DNA from: an uncultured Thermococci archaeon | Lineage (GTDB): Archaea > Methanobacteriota_B > Thermococci > Methanofastidiosales > Methanofastidiosaceae | Direction of reading: 5' to 3' | Length of the DNA: 57,771 bases | Assembly: GCA_964621955.1 (NCBI GenBank) | Contig: CAZUMN010000004.1 | Location: forward strand, 1 to 57,771 | In this document: positions 9,603 to 18,112 of the stretch, in pieces | How the letters are laid out: each line of letters starts with the position of its first letter | Numbering within the stretch: position 1 is the first letter of the stretch | The notes under the pieces: generated by a model | What the model was told of the DNA's origin: nothing | Database searches by the model: none | The model's input: only the letters and a program-made list of their open reading frames with translations | Translations under genes and position numbers: made by a program

Positions 9603-9956
9603 ATGGATGATGAACATAAAGGATGCGACCTTATAGTAACTATCGTTAAAAAAGGATGCTCAGAACTGATAATTCAAGCTTCAATTAAAGCAGGTGCCAA
9701 GGGAGGAACTGTTCTATTTGGGAGGGGTACTGGAATCCATGAACATCAGAAAATACTAGGAATCCCTATAGAGCCAGAAAAAGAAATAATATTAACTGTA
9801 GTAAGTAAAACACAGACTGATGATATTCTAAAAGCCATAAGGGAATCTGGAGAATTAGATAAACCTGGAATGGGAATCGGATTTGTAATTTCTCTTGACA
9901 AAGTAATTGGAATGTGCCATTTAATGTCTGATGGAACAATTATTTGCAAATACTAA
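9603..9956 (+). CDS. P-II family signalling protein
   Basis: GAKGGTVLFGRGTG, EPEKEIIL, KPGMGIGFV. Confidence 0.85.
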   Translation: MDDEHKGCDLIVTIVKKGCSELIIQASIKAGAKGGTVLFGRGTGIHEHQKILGIPIEPEKEIILTVVSKTQTDDILKAIRESGELDKPGMGIGFVISLDKVIGMCHLMSDGTIICKY

Positions 9957-10031
9957 AAAGTGTCAAAATAGGCTATCATTAGATAAAAGTTAACAATAGA
10001 AGTATTCATAATTAAAATAAAAAAAATTAAA

Positions 10032-10409
10032 TTACATTTTATAAGAGAAGACTTCTTTGACATCTATTAATACTGCATAATTTGCTGGAGGCAAATGTGG
10101 CATCTTCTCCTTTAATGTTTTAGATACTTTTTCAAATACAGGGCCAGTATTCATTAAAGTTGCCTTCCCCTTTATCTGAACTCCCTTGTTAGTTTCCCTA
10201 TCGAGTACATACAAAGAAACATTCGGATTACTCTTCAAATTTGATATTGTATGGGGTGAGGCAATTTCTGCAAAGACTAATCTATCTTTATCTATCACTG
10301 AGATACTACCCTTAGGAGATACATTTGGAATTCCATTTGTAGTTGATGTCGAAACGAAAGCTAAATGCTGCTGTTGAATTAAATCTATTACATTTTGTGG
10401 CATTTCCAT
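10032..10409 (-). CDS. Pyridoxamine 5'-phosphate oxidase-like FMN-binding protein
   Basis: STSTTNGIPNVSPKGS, TISNLKSNPNV, GVQIKGKA. Confidence 0.85.
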   Translation of the reverse strand: MEMPQNVIDLIQQQHLAFVSTSTTNGIPNVSPKGSISVIDKDRLVFAEIASPHTISNLKSNPNVSLYVLDRETNKGVQIKGKATLMNTGPVFEKVSKTLKEKMPHLPPANYAVLIDVKEVFSYKM

Positions 10410-10514
10410 ATAATCACCACCCTAAAATTGTCAAATGTGTTTTTATATTTACTGGATATTTAGCTAGTTGATAAACCATATAAGTATAGAATTTTTATTT
10501 AATAAAGTGATAAA

Positions 10515-11069
10515 TTGAAAGACATATACGATAAATTAATTGAAATGGCCTTAGATAGGGGTGCCACATCTGCAAGAGTGATACCAATAGATGATGTTTC
10601 AGTTAATGATTGGGTGAGACAAAAATGTGAATTTGGATGTACGCAATATGGAAAGAAATATACTTGCCCCCCCTATGTTCAGCCACCTAAGGAAACAAGA
10701 AAAAGATTAAAAGAATACAATAAAGCCTTGATATTAAAATTTGGAGAAATTAAAGACAGAATGGAATGGAGAGATATTCAGAAACTTATGGCTGAACTCG
10801 AAAGAGAAGCTTTTGTTAATGGCCTATACAAAGCATTTGCCTATGGAGCTGGAACCTGCAAGCTCTGTGATGAATGTACAGCAGAGCATGTCCAAACTCC
10901 AACTCTTTTTGACAAGAGAAAATGTGTTTACAGGCGTATAGCTAGGCCCTCGATGGAGGGTGTAGGAATTGATGTATATCAGACTGCAAAAAATGCGGGC
11001 TATGAATTAAAAGTAGTCCCAAAAGAAGATATGTGTTTCACAAGTTTCTGCTTGTTGCTACTGGAATGA
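10515..11069 (+). CDS. DUF2284 family predicted metal-binding protein
   Basis: KCEFGCTQYGKKYTCPP, GTCKLCDEC, ARPSMEGVGIDV. Confidence 0.85.
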   Translation: MKDIYDKLIEMALDRGATSARVIPIDDVSVNDWVRQKCEFGCTQYGKKYTCPPYVQPPKETRKRLKEYNKALILKFGEIKDRMEWRDIQKLMAELEREAFVNGLYKAFAYGAGTCKLCDECTAEHVQTPTLFDKRKCVYRRIARPSMEGVGIDVYQTAKNAGYELKVVPKEDMCFTSFCLLLLE

Positions 11070-11436
11070 TTTCAATCTTCAATCGCTGTAATTTCACAAT
11101 AAGTAATTACTTTATTTTTCCATTTAATTCAAATTCTATAAATTGAAATTCTGTTCCTTCTTTTATGATTCTTATCGCCGTATTTGCAACTTCTTCCATA
11201 TCTTTAGGTCGTTCTTATTAAAATAATACTGATTTTCTATTGTAATATCTCCTTATTTATAGGAGATAGAATACTCTCTCAAAATAAATAATTAAATTTT
11301 TAATTTTTATCTTAACGTATTTGTATTTAATTTTATTTTATTCCCTAATATAAATCCTTTTAAAGTCGTTGGCATATTTAATGCGAAACTGGACATACAA
11401 AGATGGATTTCGGCCATTTAATACTGAAGTGATAGA

Positions 11437-13023
11437 TTGAAACGAGAGGAAGACAAATCAAAAGAAGAGCTTATTGAAGAGCTAGGAATACAGCGCTCAA
11501 AGATAGCTGATCTTGAAAAAATAAAAAATAGATTAGAGGAACTTGAAAAAGAAAAGGATATTCTCCTTGACAATCTACAAGAACGGGTAAAGGAACTAAA
11601 TTGCCTATATGACATCTCAAAGATAAATGAAGAGCCAAATATGCCCCTTGAGGAATTATTTCAAAAAATTGTAGAAAAAATACCTCTTGGATGGAAATAT
11701 CCAGAAATAGCATGTGCTAGAATTAATCTGGATGGACAAGAATTTAAAACAATGAACTTTAGAGAAACTAAGTGGAAGTTGGATGCTCCGATAAGTTATT
11801 ATAAAAATAATATTGGAAAACTTGAAGTGTTTTATCTTGAAGAAAAGCCAGACCTCGAAGAAGGCCCTTTTCTTACAGCCGAAAGAAAATTAATTCTTGC
11901 CATAGTAGAAAAATTGGGGCACATCATAGAAAGAAAATATTCGGAGCAGGCATTGAAGGAAAGTGAGCAAAAATTCAGAACAGTTTTTAACAATGCAAGT
12001 GATGCAATATTTATTCATGAACTTGATGGGAACTTTATTGAAACTAATCAGATTGCATCTGACCTTTTAGGATATGACAAATTGGAGCTTCTAAATATGG
12101 CTCCCAGCGACATTCATCCACCCGAATATGTTGAAATGCTAAATGAAATGTTTGAGGAACTTAAAAAGAGAAGCTACTATTGTTTTGAAACAGAGATTGT
12201 GACAAAGGATTATAAACTAATCTCAGTTGAAATCTGCAGTAAAATTATCAAACTTAAGAAAAAAACTGTAGTCTTGAGCATTGTAAGAGACATCACAGAA
12301 AGAAAGCTAACAGAAGAAAAGATGAAACGCCAGTTGATGAAGTTTAATCTAGAAGCTGGAAAAGTCTATCTAATAAAAGAAACAAAAAGCCTATTTTCAA
12401 TTGAAGCCTTTAATGACCTGTTGAAAGTTGGTTACTCTGGATACATACTTACAAGGTCCGCTGAATCGGAGTATAATGGACAAATTAAAGGGAAATACAA
12501 CTATTTATGGATTTCAGAAAAAGATAAAAGAAGTTCTCTTTCTCCAGATTTTACAGAAATTGAAAAATACTTAGAGGACATACCCAGAAAAAGCTTTGTT
12601 TTGATAGATAGATTGGATTATCTGCTTTCCAAAAATGGATTTATTAAATTATTATCTTTTGTACATCATCTAAGGGAGATCGCATACCTTAGGGGGATTA
12701 CAGTAATAATTTCGGCCGACTCAGAATTATTCAGCGATGTTGAAATGAAGCTTATAGAAAAGGAGACATCTGACATCTTTCCTGTGGAAAAAGAAAAACT
12801 CCCTGACAATATGCTAGAAATCCTGACATTCGTTTATAACAAGAACTTAATCGGAGTTAAGCCTACTTTTTCAGATATAGGCAGAGAGATTAATATAACA
12901 AGACCAACTATTGGCAAAAGAATGAGTTTTCTAACAACGTCAAACTATCTTATAGTCTCGATTAAGGGTAGAAACAAGGTTGTCGAGTTAACTAACAAAG
13001 GCAGAGAACTTTTTTTGGCATAA
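11437..13023 (+). CDS. Coiled-coil/GAF-like/PAS/DUF835/wHTH signalling protein
   Basis: LQERVKELNCLY; PAS (VFNNASDAI...DITERK); DUF835-like VLIDRLDYLLSKNGF; C-terminal FSDIGREINITRPTIGKR...LTNKG. Confidence 0.75.
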   Translation: MKREEDKSKEELIEELGIQRSKIADLEKIKNRLEELEKEKDILLDNLQERVKELNCLYDISKINEEPNMPLEELFQKIVEKIPLGWKYPEIACARINLDGQEFKTMNFRETKWKLDAPISYYKNNIGKLEVFYLEEKPDLEEGPFLTAERKLILAIVEKLGHIIERKYSEQALKESEQKFRTVFNNASDAIFIHELDGNFIETNQIASDLLGYDKLELLNMAPSDIHPPEYVEMLNEMFEELKKRSYYCFETEIVTKDYKLISVEICSKIIKLKKKTVVLSIVRDITERKLTEEKMKRQLMKFNLEAGKVYLIKETKSLFSIEAFNDLLKVGYSGYILTRSAESEYNGQIKGKYNYLWISEKDKRSSLSPDFTEIEKYLEDIPRKSFVLIDRLDYLLSKNGFIKLLSFVHHLREIAYLRGITVIISADSELFSDVEMKLIEKETSDIFPVEKEKLPDNMLEILTFVYNKNLIGVKPTFSDIGREINITRPTIGKRMSFLTTSNYLIVSIKGRNKVVELTNKGRELFLA

Positions 13024-13113
13024 TTTTACATGTTTTACATGTTTTTTTACAAATCCTTATAGTTATGTAAAGCCCATAATTTATTAACGGTTGGACATCT
13101 AGGAGTGGTAAAA

Positions 13114-13293
13114 ATGAGTTCTATTGGCAAATGGGTTTATGTTTCTGAACAAAAAGAATGTGTAAAATGTGGCGAAATGACGCATACACATACGTGTATG
13201 GTATGCGGGGATATTTGTTGCGATGATTGTTGGAACGAAAGAACTTCAACATGCGATAAATGTATATCAAAAGCATGGTGGAGAGATCTCTAA
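13114..13293 (+). CDS. Small Cys-rich double Zn-finger protein (59 aa)
   Basis: CVKC-x8-CMVC-x3-CCDDC-x7-CDKC; AGGAG upstream of ATG 13114. Confidence 0.65.
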   Translation: MSSIGKWVYVSEQKECVKCGEMTHTHTCMVCGDICCDDCWNERTSTCDKCISKAWWRDL

Positions 13294-13300
13294 AGACTAA

Positions 13301-13380
13301 GGTTATGGTAATACGGCTAAAGGACTAGCCATCTATGCCTCCCCATAGTCCCGATGAGAATCTTCTTGATTTGAGGGACA
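13301..13380 (+). ncRNA. Candidate structured RNA with a kink-turn
   Basis: GTCCC/GGGAC stem, GAT bulge, tandem GA/GA, G-U plus AATC/GATT stem; extra hairpins GGCTA/TAGCC and CTATG/CATAG. Confidence 0.45.
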
Positions 13381-13433
13381 ATCTTTTCTTGAAAATTAGA
13401 TTATTGTAAAATATAAAATTAAAAAGTAATTAT

Positions 13434-14519
13434 TTATTTAAAAAGAATAGGTTTTAGTTCTGCATCAACAAAAGTAACTCCGTCGGCCTTTACATATACT
13501 CTCTTTGTTAATGGTTCGTATCCATCTTTATAGAATGTAACTGTACTGTAACCGATATCTATTCTGTCTAACAGATATGGAGTCCTAATTACTTCGCCAA
13601 CATACATCCCATGTGGTGTTTCGATTGATACTGTTGCACCTAAAGGATCTGAAGTTATACTAAGGGCACCGTGCATATCTTCTGGCAGTAAAGTAGCCTG
13701 GACATAAGTTGTTCCCCCAGCACTTACATCCACTGTTGTGGACCACATCTGGTATCCTTCCATTGAAAGCTGAACGACATGGTGGCCAGGTGTTAGATCC
13801 ATGACTGTATTGGGGGTTGTTCTATATGTACCCCACCATTGTCCATCGACACCAATTGTAGCCCCTGTAGGCGAAGAAGTTATGTAAATAGAACCTTTGC
13901 TTTCGATTGGGGTCAATACTGCATTTATATTAGTATTTTGGCCTGCCTGAACTTTAAGATTAGAGGACCAATCATGGTAACCGTTCATTGAAATTGTCAC
14001 TGAACTTATACCTACGGGTATGTTTGTAAAAGTATAAGGTGTTTTTATAGATGGGCCAACAAATAGCCCAGCAGGGGTAATTAATTGAACTATAGCACCG
14101 GCAGGCTGGGAAGTCACAGTTATAGATCCTGTGGCATTAGGATTATATGTTGGTGTTAAGCTTCCATAAACATATTCATTTTCTCCAGCATTTACATATA
14201 CCTGAGTTGTCCAGTTTTGATACCCCCCTAGAGATAGAGATATTGTAGACCAACCGGGTGTTATGTTTGTAAAGGTATATGGTGTTGTTTGAGTTGATCC
14301 TATATACATCCCATCGGGTGTCACTAGAGATATAGTGGCACCACTTGGATTTGAATTTACTGTTATACTCCCATAGAGATATTGAGGAGGTAGCACAGCA
14401 AATAGTGGGGAAGCAAATAATGCAAATATTAATGCAATTCCTACTAGAGATATTGCAAAAATTCTTTTCTTAGAACTAGTTATTTTAGTTAATTTTTGTT
14501 TCAAGTTTATTTTTTCCAT
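13434..14519 (-). CDS. PEGA-domain repeat surface protein
   Basis: N-terminal TM; four repeats beginning GSITVNSNPSGA / GSITVTSQPAGA / GSIYITSSPTGA / GALSITSDPLGA. Confidence 0.88.
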   Translation of the reverse strand: MEKINLKQKLTKITSSKKRIFAISLVGIALIFALFASPLFAVLPPQYLYGSITVNSNPSGATISLVTPDGMYIGSTQTTPYTFTNITPGWSTISLSLGGYQNWTTQVYVNAGENEYVYGSLTPTYNPNATGSITVTSQPAGAIVQLITPAGLFVGPSIKTPYTFTNIPVGISSVTISMNGYHDWSSNLKVQAGQNTNINAVLTPIESKGSIYITSSPTGATIGVDGQWWGTYRTTPNTVMDLTPGHHVVQLSMEGYQMWSTTVDVSAGGTTYVQATLLPEDMHGALSITSDPLGATVSIETPHGMYVGEVIRTPYLLDRIDIGYSTVTFYKDGYEPLTKRVYVKADGVTFVDAELKPILFK

Positions 14520-14675
14520 TATAACCCTCCTTCCAAAAATTGGAAATATAGAATTTATAAATTTAATGTTTTGTTATAGAATATTCACAAGCAGAAACAA
14601 TAATATTGCAAATAAATAATTTTTATATGGAAATAACACAAAAAATATTTATATGTAGTAGAAAATAGAATTTAT

Positions 14676-15559
14676 ATGCATGATCATGACCACTACAAAG
14701 AAACTAAAAAATATTCTTTATGACATAGCTTTAAACAGTATTTTTACAGTAATAGAGCTTGTAGGAGGTATATTATCTAATAGTCTAGCACTCTTAAGTG
14801 ACACCATACATGACTTTTCTGATTCTGTGGCGCTTGGTATTTCATACTATGCAAATCAAAAGGACAGTCATCACCAACAAAGACTATGACTTTTGGCTAC
14901 AGGAGAACAACCATACTTGCTGCATTCGTCAATTCAACTATCTTGATGGCCCTTACTTTTTTCTTGTTCTACAGAGCCTATTTAAGAATCTTAAATCCCG
15001 AACCAGCAAATGGAAAAATGGTCTTTGTGATTGCAATTTTTGGGATTATAACTAATGAGATAATAGCTTTTAAGATGTTAAAAGGAAAAGATAAAGATCT
15101 GGATATAAAGAGTGTGTTCTGGCATATAACTGAAGACTTTCTTGGATGAGTTTGAGTCTTAATTGCTGGGGCTATATTTATTTTACAGGAGATTACCTAA
15201 TCGACCCAATAATTAGTATATTGATTGGTTTAATTGTAATCTATAGTACATGGGGGATTGTTAAAGAGAGTGCAAATATAATTCTCGAAGAGGTTCCTGA
15301 AGGACTAAATGTAAAATAGATAGAAATTGAAATAAAAAATATACAGAACGTTAATGATGCCCATGATATACATATTTGGTCCCCAGGGACAAACTATAAC
15401 GCTTTGAGTGCGCATGTCGTAATATCAAATATGACAGTTGACCAAAGCCATGAAGTTCTCAATAAAATCAATACAATGTTAAAAGAAAAATTTAGCATAG
15501 AACATACAACAATAGAATTTGAATGCTCCCATTGCGATTCAGATAGAGTCTGTTATTAG
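14676..15559 (+). pseudogene. Degraded CDF (CzcD/ZitB-like) Co/Zn/Cd transporter
   Basis: MHDHDH start at 14676; SNSLALLSDTIHDFSD, TFGYRR, HITED, HDIHIW, HTTIEFE spread over three frames; two frameshifts and in-frame TGA, TGA, TAG. Confidence 0.9.
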
Positions 15560-15615
15560 CTAAAATAGTACATAATGGTAAAATTTAAATATTTATAACT
15601 CTAGTAATAACGTGT

Positions 15616-15891
15616 ATGACAGACGTTATTAAAAAAGATGGGAGACGAGAAAGATTTGATGAGGAAAAGCTTAAGGCATCAATTCTAGCTGCTGCAAGAG
15701 AAGCAGGTGTAATGAGCAAGAGAGGCGTAGAAGACTTAATTGAAAATGTTTCTGCTACCGTCATAGCCTTTTCAAGAGGTAAAAAGGAAGTAGAAACAAA
15801 AACATTAAAAGACATGATTCTGACAGACTTAGACAAAGTTGAAAAGAGAATATCTAAAGCTTGGAGAGAATTTGACAAAACAAAGCAGTAA
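15616..15891 (+). CDS. Stand-alone ATP-cone domain protein
   Basis: VIKKDGRRERFDEEKLKASI...ISKAWREFD, 91 aa. Confidence 0.85.
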   Translation: MTDVIKKDGRRERFDEEKLKASILAAAREAGVMSKRGVEDLIENVSATVIAFSRGKKEVETKTLKDMILTDLDKVEKRISKAWREFDKTKQ

Positions 15892-16003
15892 ATATTTCTA
15901 TAAATACTTAAATATTTTTTTATTTGTTATTAATAATTTTTTTAAATAAACATTAGAAATATATTCGTTAAGTTTAAATGTATTGAACCCCCATTACATA
16001 TGT

Positions 16004-16681
16004 ATGACATACGTTATTAGAAGCAATGGAAAAAAAGAGGAATTCGACGGAGAAAAACTACTATCTTCAATTATGGCCGTCGCAGGTGATGCGGGCATAA
16101 TGAATGAAACTGGCATTGAATCTATCATAAAAAATGTCATGTCTAACACCATTTCTTCAGCCCAAACTCAAGAAGTAGTTCAATCTAAAACATTGAAAGA
16201 TGCCATATTGGCCCAATTATTGAAGATAGGTATCCAAATGGCCATTCAGAAGTTTGGAGCATCTAATGTAACGAAAGAAGATATCATAAGTGAGTTGATA
16301 AATGCAGGTTTGCAGATGTCCACTAAAGGTTCAAAGACTCAATCAGATGATCTTCTAAGCCAATTGTTGGGTGCAGCGACAGGAACAAATTCTAGGTCTA
16401 GCCAATCTAATGACCTTCTAAGCCAATTGTTAGGCGCTGGTCTACAGACATCTAGTAAGAGCTCTAATCAATCAAATGATCTACTAAGTCAACTATTGGA
16501 TGCTGCGGCGGGAACAAGTTCTAGATCCAATCAATCAAACGATATTTTAAGCCAACTATTAGGTGCAGGTTTACAGACATCCAGTAAGAGGTCAAAAACA
16601 AATGCATCAAATGATAATCTAGAGGACATACTGAAGACTGGGATGAAACTAGCTAATGCATGGATGAATTATAACAGATAA
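16004..16681 (+). CDS. ATP-cone paralog with internal helical repeat expansion
   Basis: VIRSNGKKEEFDGEKLLSSI; start set at ATG 16004 by DNA similarity to the 15616 start; ends KLANAWMNYNR. Confidence 0.8.
   Translation: MTYVIRSNGKKEEFDGEKLLSSIMAVAGDAGIMNETGIESIIKNVMSNTISSAQTQEVVQSKTLKDAILAQLLKIGIQMAIQKFGASNVTKEDIISELINAGLQMSTKGSKTQSDDLLSQLLGAATGTNSRSSQSNDLLSQLLGAGLQTSSKSSNQSNDLLSQLLDAAAGTSSRSNQSNDILSQLLGAGLQTSSKRSKTNASNDNLEDILKTGMKLANAWMNYNR
16343..16606 (+). repeat. Intragenic tandem repeat, four units (63/66/63/72 nt) encoding S(N/D)D(L/I)LSQLL(G/D)A...
   Basis: Units start at 16343, 16406, 16472, 16535; alternating AxxGT and AGLQT subtypes. Confidence 0.9.
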
Positions 16682-16781
16682 TCTAATACATTGACTCCTT
16701 AGAATTCTCCCATAAAATTATAAATTTCTAATTTTATATTTTTTTAATATTTTTTAAATAAATAGTTAGATAAGTGATAAA

Positions 16782-17015
16782 ATGAAATCAGATCATATTG
16801 TATCAGATACTTTACAAAAAATTAAAGATGCTGAAAAGGAACTTATCAATTTAAAAAATGAATTTCTTTCAAAACAAGACCCCACTATAAAGGAAAAAAT
16901 TGAAGAAAAGAAAAGAGATTTAGACAGACTTAGAACTTATTATAAAGATCATGTAATGACTTCATGCAATGAAAGTTTTGAAGCTAAGAGGAGAAGGCTT
17001 TCAAAATATGACTAA
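16782..17015 (+). CDS. Small coiled-coil hypothetical protein
   Basis: 77 aa charged helical ORF with GTGA RBS-like motif upstream. Confidence 0.6.
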   Translation: MKSDHIVSDTLQKIKDAEKELINLKNEFLSKQDPTIKEKIEEKKRDLDRLRTYYKDHVMTSCNESFEAKRRRLSKYD

Positions 17016-17097
17016 GGCATTCATCCAACTTAATACAAATTCAGCAATATAATCTTGGTAGGAAAACTATTAATATATGAACTAACAAAATAGTATC

Positions 17098-18105
17098 GTG
17101 AAGAAAATACTGATTATTTTAATTTTAGCAATTATTATAATTTCAGTTTCAATAGGCTACAGATCAATAACTTTAGGGGAGGGTGTATTAGACGTAAAGG
17201 GAGGATTTATTAGAGAAAATAATGTAATCTGGTCTAAATCGCCTTCCATGACACTCAGCATAAATAACAATTCTATCCTTCCAAAAAAAATAGAGATTAT
17301 AGTATTAAACATAAAAAAAGATAGTATAATCCAAAGCAAAGGCAAATCTAGATTAATTAATCCAAATGAGAAAATAATTTTGAGCCTCCCGCCTCTCTCT
17401 CGAAACTCTTACGTTATCAAATTACCCGACTCAAATACATTAAGATTTGCAGTTGTTGGTGATTCAAGACAAGACAGTTCCAAGGATCCATACCCTAGGG
17501 TCTTCAAGAAGATCATGGAAGATATAGATTCTAAAAACGTTATTTTCGTAATGCATGTCGGTGATTTTGTAATCCATGAAGAAGAGAAATATTTTGAAGA
17601 ATTTGAAGATATTATCGGAGATTATGACACTCCTGTTTATACCGTAATAGGAAATCATGATAGCGATATTCAGAACGGCTCATTGTATAAAGAATATTAT
17701 GGTGAGACGTTCTATAGTTTTATGTATATTGACACAAAATTTATTATTCTCGACGATTCAACGGATACCTTAAATCAAGAGAACATATCATTTCTAGAAA
17801 ATGAATTAAAATATGGTGGAGATAAATTAGTCTTTTTACATGTACCTCCTTTTGACCCAAGACCTTCTGGATCACACAATATGAAAGATGGAGAAGAATT
17901 TATGCAAATCATGAAAGATACTCATGTTAGTAATGTTTTTTCCGGTAATGTTCATATGTATTATCAAACTACAAGAGATAATACGAGATATATAATCACT
18001 GGGGGCGGAGGTTCTCCCCTACATACAACTGAAAAAAATGGAGGATTCCACCATTACGTGATTTATGATGAAGGCAATATACAACTGATTAGGATGGATG
18101 ATTAA
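17098..18105 (+). CDS. Membrane-anchored calcineurin-like metallophosphoesterase
   Basis: GDSR, HVGDFV, GNHD, FLHVPP, GNVH (GHxH variant), ITGGGG. Confidence 0.85.
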   Translation: MKKILIILILAIIIISVSIGYRSITLGEGVLDVKGGFIRENNVIWSKSPSMTLSINNNSILPKKIEIIVLNIKKDSIIQSKGKSRLINPNEKIILSLPPLSRNSYVIKLPDSNTLRFAVVGDSRQDSSKDPYPRVFKKIMEDIDSKNVIFVMHVGDFVIHEEEKYFEEFEDIIGDYDTPVYTVIGNHDSDIQNGSLYKEYYGETFYSFMYIDTKFIILDDSTDTLNQENISFLENELKYGGDKLVFLHVPPFDPRPSGSHNMKDGEEFMQIMKDTHVSNVFSGNVHMYYQTTRDNTRYIITGGGGSPLHTTEKNGGFHHYVIYDEGNIQLIRMDD

Positions 18106-18112
18106 CTTCCTT

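Noticed and set aside
13023-13055. TTTTACATG tandem copies after the DUF835 gene
   Set aside because: Short, T-rich, consistent with an ordinary archaeal terminator region.
13348-13380. Hammerhead ribozyme, SAM-I riboswitch or H/ACA guide reading of the structured RNA
   Set aside because: CCGATGAG lacks the downstream GAAA core; GAGGGAC/GATGA are in the opposite order to SAM-I and its other motifs are missing; the ACA is too close to the K-turn for an H/ACA pocket.
13434-14519. Internal DNA repeats in the PEGA gene
   Set aside because: Explained by normal PEGA domain repetition.
15140-15320. In-frame TGA/TAG codons in the CDF gene as selenocysteine, pyrrolysine or alternative genetic code
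   Set aside because: They fall at expected Trp, Gly and non-catalytic positions, co-occur with two frameshifts, and TGA/TAG terminate normal genes elsewhere in the window.
17920-17970. GNVH instead of GHxH in the metallophosphoesterase
   Set aside because: Single substitution with the other metal ligands intact; too weak to claim changed function.
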